Assembly (NCBI GenBank): GCA_949300345.1
Contig: CASGDR010000008.1
Location: 149,096 to 213,095, forward strand
Direction: 5' to 3'
DNA length: 64,000 nt
From: an uncultured bacterium
Lineage (GTDB): Bacteria > Bacillota_I > Bacilli_A > RFN20 > CAG-826
Part shown: positions 61,721 to 64,000 of the stretch, piece by piece
Layout: each line of letters begins with the position of its first letter
Numbering within the stretch: the stretch's first letter is position 1
Translations under genes and position numbers: made by a program
Notes under the pieces: model-generated
What the model was told of the DNA's origin: nothing
Database searches by the model: none
The model's input: the letters and a program-made list of their open reading frames with translations, nothing else

Positions 61721-62761
61721 ATGTCCCTTAAACCCCGTACTAAAGAAACAATCAAACTATCCTTCGCTCAACTGATCTCCAATGACGCCTGTATCATGGG
61801 CGGCAGGGAGCGTCCCTGGTATTTCGCAATCATCTTCGGCCTACTGGCCGTCGTCCTAGCTTGGATTCCGATTGCGGTTACCTATTTCACCGTCGACGGT
61901 TCGACCATTCTCAATTCGACTACCTATGGCTTGGATAATTCCTTGATTGCCTTTCAGGAAGAAGCCAATGCCAGCGGTCTCTCCATGGTGGTCAACGAAA
62001 GGGGAGAAAACCAGGAACATTACTTGGTCACCAACTTCAATGACATATACTCCGATGTCGGCGATCCTTATTTCGATGTCAATGCCGTGAAGGAAGACGG
62101 AACCCAAACCCTTTACTTCCGTTGTTATTACTATGGCGACATTTCAAGCTCTGATCTGACCTCCAAAAGGAGCAGCGTCTTGTCCAGCGAAGAATACACC
62201 GCCACCACGATGTTCATCACCGATACCTGCTTCTACATCGATGTAAGGCCCAACTCCGGCGGATCCTATACCAGTGGCTCCAGAATGAGCGTCTATGGGG
62301 ATTACAAAAACACTCCGGTAGGAACCGATATAGCTAGCTTTGCTACCAAAAAGCTCGACATGAGCGATAGGTCCTATCCGATTTCAACCAGGGACAGCAA
62401 CTGGGATGAGTACTACAACGAATCCATCGAAATCTGGAAGGGTCTGTTCTCCCAGACTTATTCTTCAACCGCCCTTACCACGGCAGCGACCCAATCCGGA
62501 ATTTCCGCGGCCGTTTTTGTGGCCATGCTCTTCTTCATGGGCCTCATGATCTTCGTCATGACCCGCGGCAAGAACAATCCCTTCAAGATCTACACCTTCT
62601 GGGAAACCCAAAAGATTGCCTATTGGCTGGCCTTTACTCCAGGTTTGCTCGGCATGATCCTAGGTTTCTTCCTACCGACTTATGCGATTCTATTCTTCGT
62701 GGCCCTATTAGGCGTCAGGACCGTCTGGCTCACCTTGAAGAACCTCAAGCCGGGAGTTTAA
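61721..62761 (+). CDS. Hypothetical membrane protein (N-terminal TM, ~230-aa external domain, C-terminal TM bundle)
   Basis: The ORF was trimmed to ATG 61721 (MSLKPRTKE). I recognise no family. Confidence 0.5.
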   Translation: MSLKPRTKETIKLSFAQLISNDACIMGGRERPWYFAIIFGLLAVVLAWIPIAVTYFTVDGSTILNSTTYGLDNSLIAFQEEANASGLSMVVNERGENQEHYLVTNFNDIYSDVGDPYFDVNAVKEDGTQTLYFRCYYYGDISSSDLTSKRSSVLSSEEYTATTMFITDTCFYIDVRPNSGGSYTSGSRMSVYGDYKNTPVGTDIASFATKKLDMSDRSYPISTRDSNWDEYYNESIEIWKGLFSQTYSSTALTTAATQSGISAAVFVAMLFFMGLMIFVMTRGKNNPFKIYTFWETQKIAYWLAFTPGLLGMILGFFLPTYAILFFVALLGVRTVWLTLKNLKPGV

Positions 62762-64000
62762 TATCCGATTCCCCGGAATATGAATTCGGGGAAATCCTTC
62801 TTATCCAGCATGTTGCGGCCGTCAAATATATGGCGGCCTTTCATTTTTCCTAGTAGCTGATTTTGGGTAAGATCGCTCCACTTGGGGTCATCGTTTAGGA
62901 TGACGATGGCGTCGGCACCATCAAGGGCTTCATCTAGTGTGCTGGCCACTTTGATGATGGGCATGGCCTTATTGAATTCCTTCTTGGCTTCATGGAGATT
63001 GTCATAGGCAATAAGGGAAAATCCTTGCCTCAATAGACCCGTAGCGAAGAAGATGCTCAAGGAGCGTCTGACATCAGGGGTATTTTTCTTGAAAGAGAGA
63101 CCCAGTAGGGCAACCTTCTTCCCGCTTTGGGGGCCTAGGGCCTCCACAACGGCATCAAGGAACCTTTGCCTTTGGATGACATTGGTTTTCGCAGAGGCTT
63201 TCTCTATCTCCAGATCCAAGCCCCTCTTCTTCCCTTCGTCTATAAGGGCCAGAACGTCTTTGGGGAAGCATCCGCCGCCATAGCCTAGCCCAGCTTGGAG
63301 CATGGCCGGGGCAATGCGGGGATCAAGCCCCATGATTTTGGAAATGGCCCTAACATCCCCGCCGGTGGCTTCGGCCAAACGAGAAATCTCATTGATGAAA
63401 CTGATTTTAAGAGCTAGGAAGGCATTTGAGGCGTATTTGCCCAGTTGGGCCGATACATTGTCAGTGAAAATTACGGGTATTCCCTTATCGATTTGATGTT
63501 TATAAAGGGCTTTTGCAAAGTTTTCTGCCTCTTTGGTTGAGGTTCCAATAACGATTCTCTTGGGATTTACCTCATCCTCGTAGGCGGTACTTTGGCTAAG
63601 GAATTCCGGGTTGGAAATGACCACGCCGGGGCGTTTGGCCTTCTCTTCGATGATCTTGGGAGTATCCATGACCGCGGTGGAGCGAAGCACAAGATAGGAA
63701 TAACCGATACCATGGTTTTCCAGGTCGATCACCGCATCAACCAAATAGGAGATATCGCATGAGCCGTCGTTCTTTGAGGGAGTGGGGAGACAAAGTATCG
63801 CAGCATCGAAGACCCTTCCGTTTAGTTCATCGAAGGAGGAATGCACTTCAATGGGGTGCTCTTCCAGGGCTTTTTGGAAACCATCTTCCATCAAAGGGGC
63901 AATCCCTTTGTTCAAGGATTCGATTTTTGAGGTATCCGGATCTAGCCCGACGACTTCGTGGTATCCGGAAAAAGCCAAGGCATTGGCCAGCCCCACGTAT
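62758..64000 (-). CDS. ugd: UDP-glucose 6-dehydrogenase; the 5' end lies beyond the right window edge
   Basis: It has GLANALAFSGYHEVVGLD (end of the Rossmann GxGxxG region), NPEFL, GGGCFPKD (catalytic Cys) and GLSFKKNTPDVR. Confidence 0.85.
   Translation of the reverse strand, partial: YVGLANALAFSGYHEVVGLDPDTSKIESLNKGIAPLMEDGFQKALEEHPIEVHSSFDELNGRVFDAAILCLPTPSKNDGSCDISYLVDAVIDLENHGIGYSYLVLRSTAVMDTPKIIEEKAKRPGVVISNPEFLSQSTAYEDEVNPKRIVIGTSTKEAENFAKALYKHQIDKGIPVIFTDNVSAQLGKYASNAFLALKISFINEISRLAEATGGDVRAISKIMGLDPRIAPAMLQAGLGYGGGCFPKDVLALIDEGKKRGLDLEIEKASAKTNVIQRQRFLDAVVEALGPQSGKKVALLGLSFKKNTPDVRRSLSIFFATGLLRQGFSLIAYDNLHEAKKEFNKAMPIIKVASTLDEALDGADAIVILNDDPKWSDLTQNQLLGKMKGRHIFDGRNMLDKKDFPEFIFRGIGY

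Noticed and set aside
1-64000. CRISPR arrays, rRNA or tRNA genes, IS elements, transposases, integrases and prophage genes
   Set aside because: None were found. The only tRNA-like T-arm/acceptor sequence (GGTTCGATTCCCC...CCACCA) belongs to the tmRNA. No direct-repeat/spacer periodicity and no recombinase motifs appear in any ORF.

Overview
This is a 64-kb chromosomal window at roughly 50% G+C, judged by eye. It carries one clearly AT-rich islet at 58.2-60.5 kb.

Lineage (inference): a Bacillota organism related to Acholeplasma or Erysipelotrichia, using the standard genetic code.
- prfB carries the classic CTT-TGA-C +1 frameshift, and TGA ends many ORFs.
- ClpB lacks the N-domain and sits behind a perfect CIRCE, as in Mollicutes.
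- Many proteins are Cys-lipobox lipoproteins with Ser-rich linkers.
- Several housekeeping proteins have P/E/K-rich linkers.

Gene content, left to right:
- 1-10.8 kb, minus strand: uvrB (partial, missing from the ORF track), yitT-like, prfB, secA, comFC, comFA, a tsaC::rpiB fusion, prmC and prfA.
- 11.1-17.5 kb, plus strand, divergent from prfA: dnaX-ybaB-recR-tmk-holB-ricT(PSP1)-rsmI.
- 17.5-33.9 kb, minus strand, two tightly coupled gene strings:
  - GH2, split AcnX, an orphan, a speA::aguA fusion, aguB and a flavin-reductase-like gene.
  - mntP, patatin, an RluA-family synthase, DUF1538, tandem P-II and a giant YfhO-like protein.
- 34-37 kb: an M24 peptidase, an MtaD-like deaminase and hsp20 behind two CIRCE elements.
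- 37.6-41 kb: a PIN_4-like protein followed by three paralogous 4-TM proteins.
- 41.3-45.2 kb: a small acidic ORF, a MazG-like gene, GT8 and clpB.
- 45.4-58.2 kb: a 12.8-kb araC-led galactan operon with three GH53 enzymes, preceded by two perfect cre sites.
- 58.2-64 kb: the hipBA islet abutting ssrA (tmRNA), then a flavin reductase, a membrane protein and ugd (partial).

I found no rRNA, tRNA, CRISPR array, transposase or integrase.

Best novelty candidates:
1. The PIN_4 plus three 4-TM operon.
2. The speA::aguA fusion pathway.
3. The unknown 610-aa protein and zinc-ribbon pair, plus a signal-less GH53, in a galactan operon that has no beta-galactosidase.
4. The DUF1538 plus tandem P-II module.
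5. The hipBA islet at ssrA.

All family assignments come from motif recognition by eye. No database search was run.
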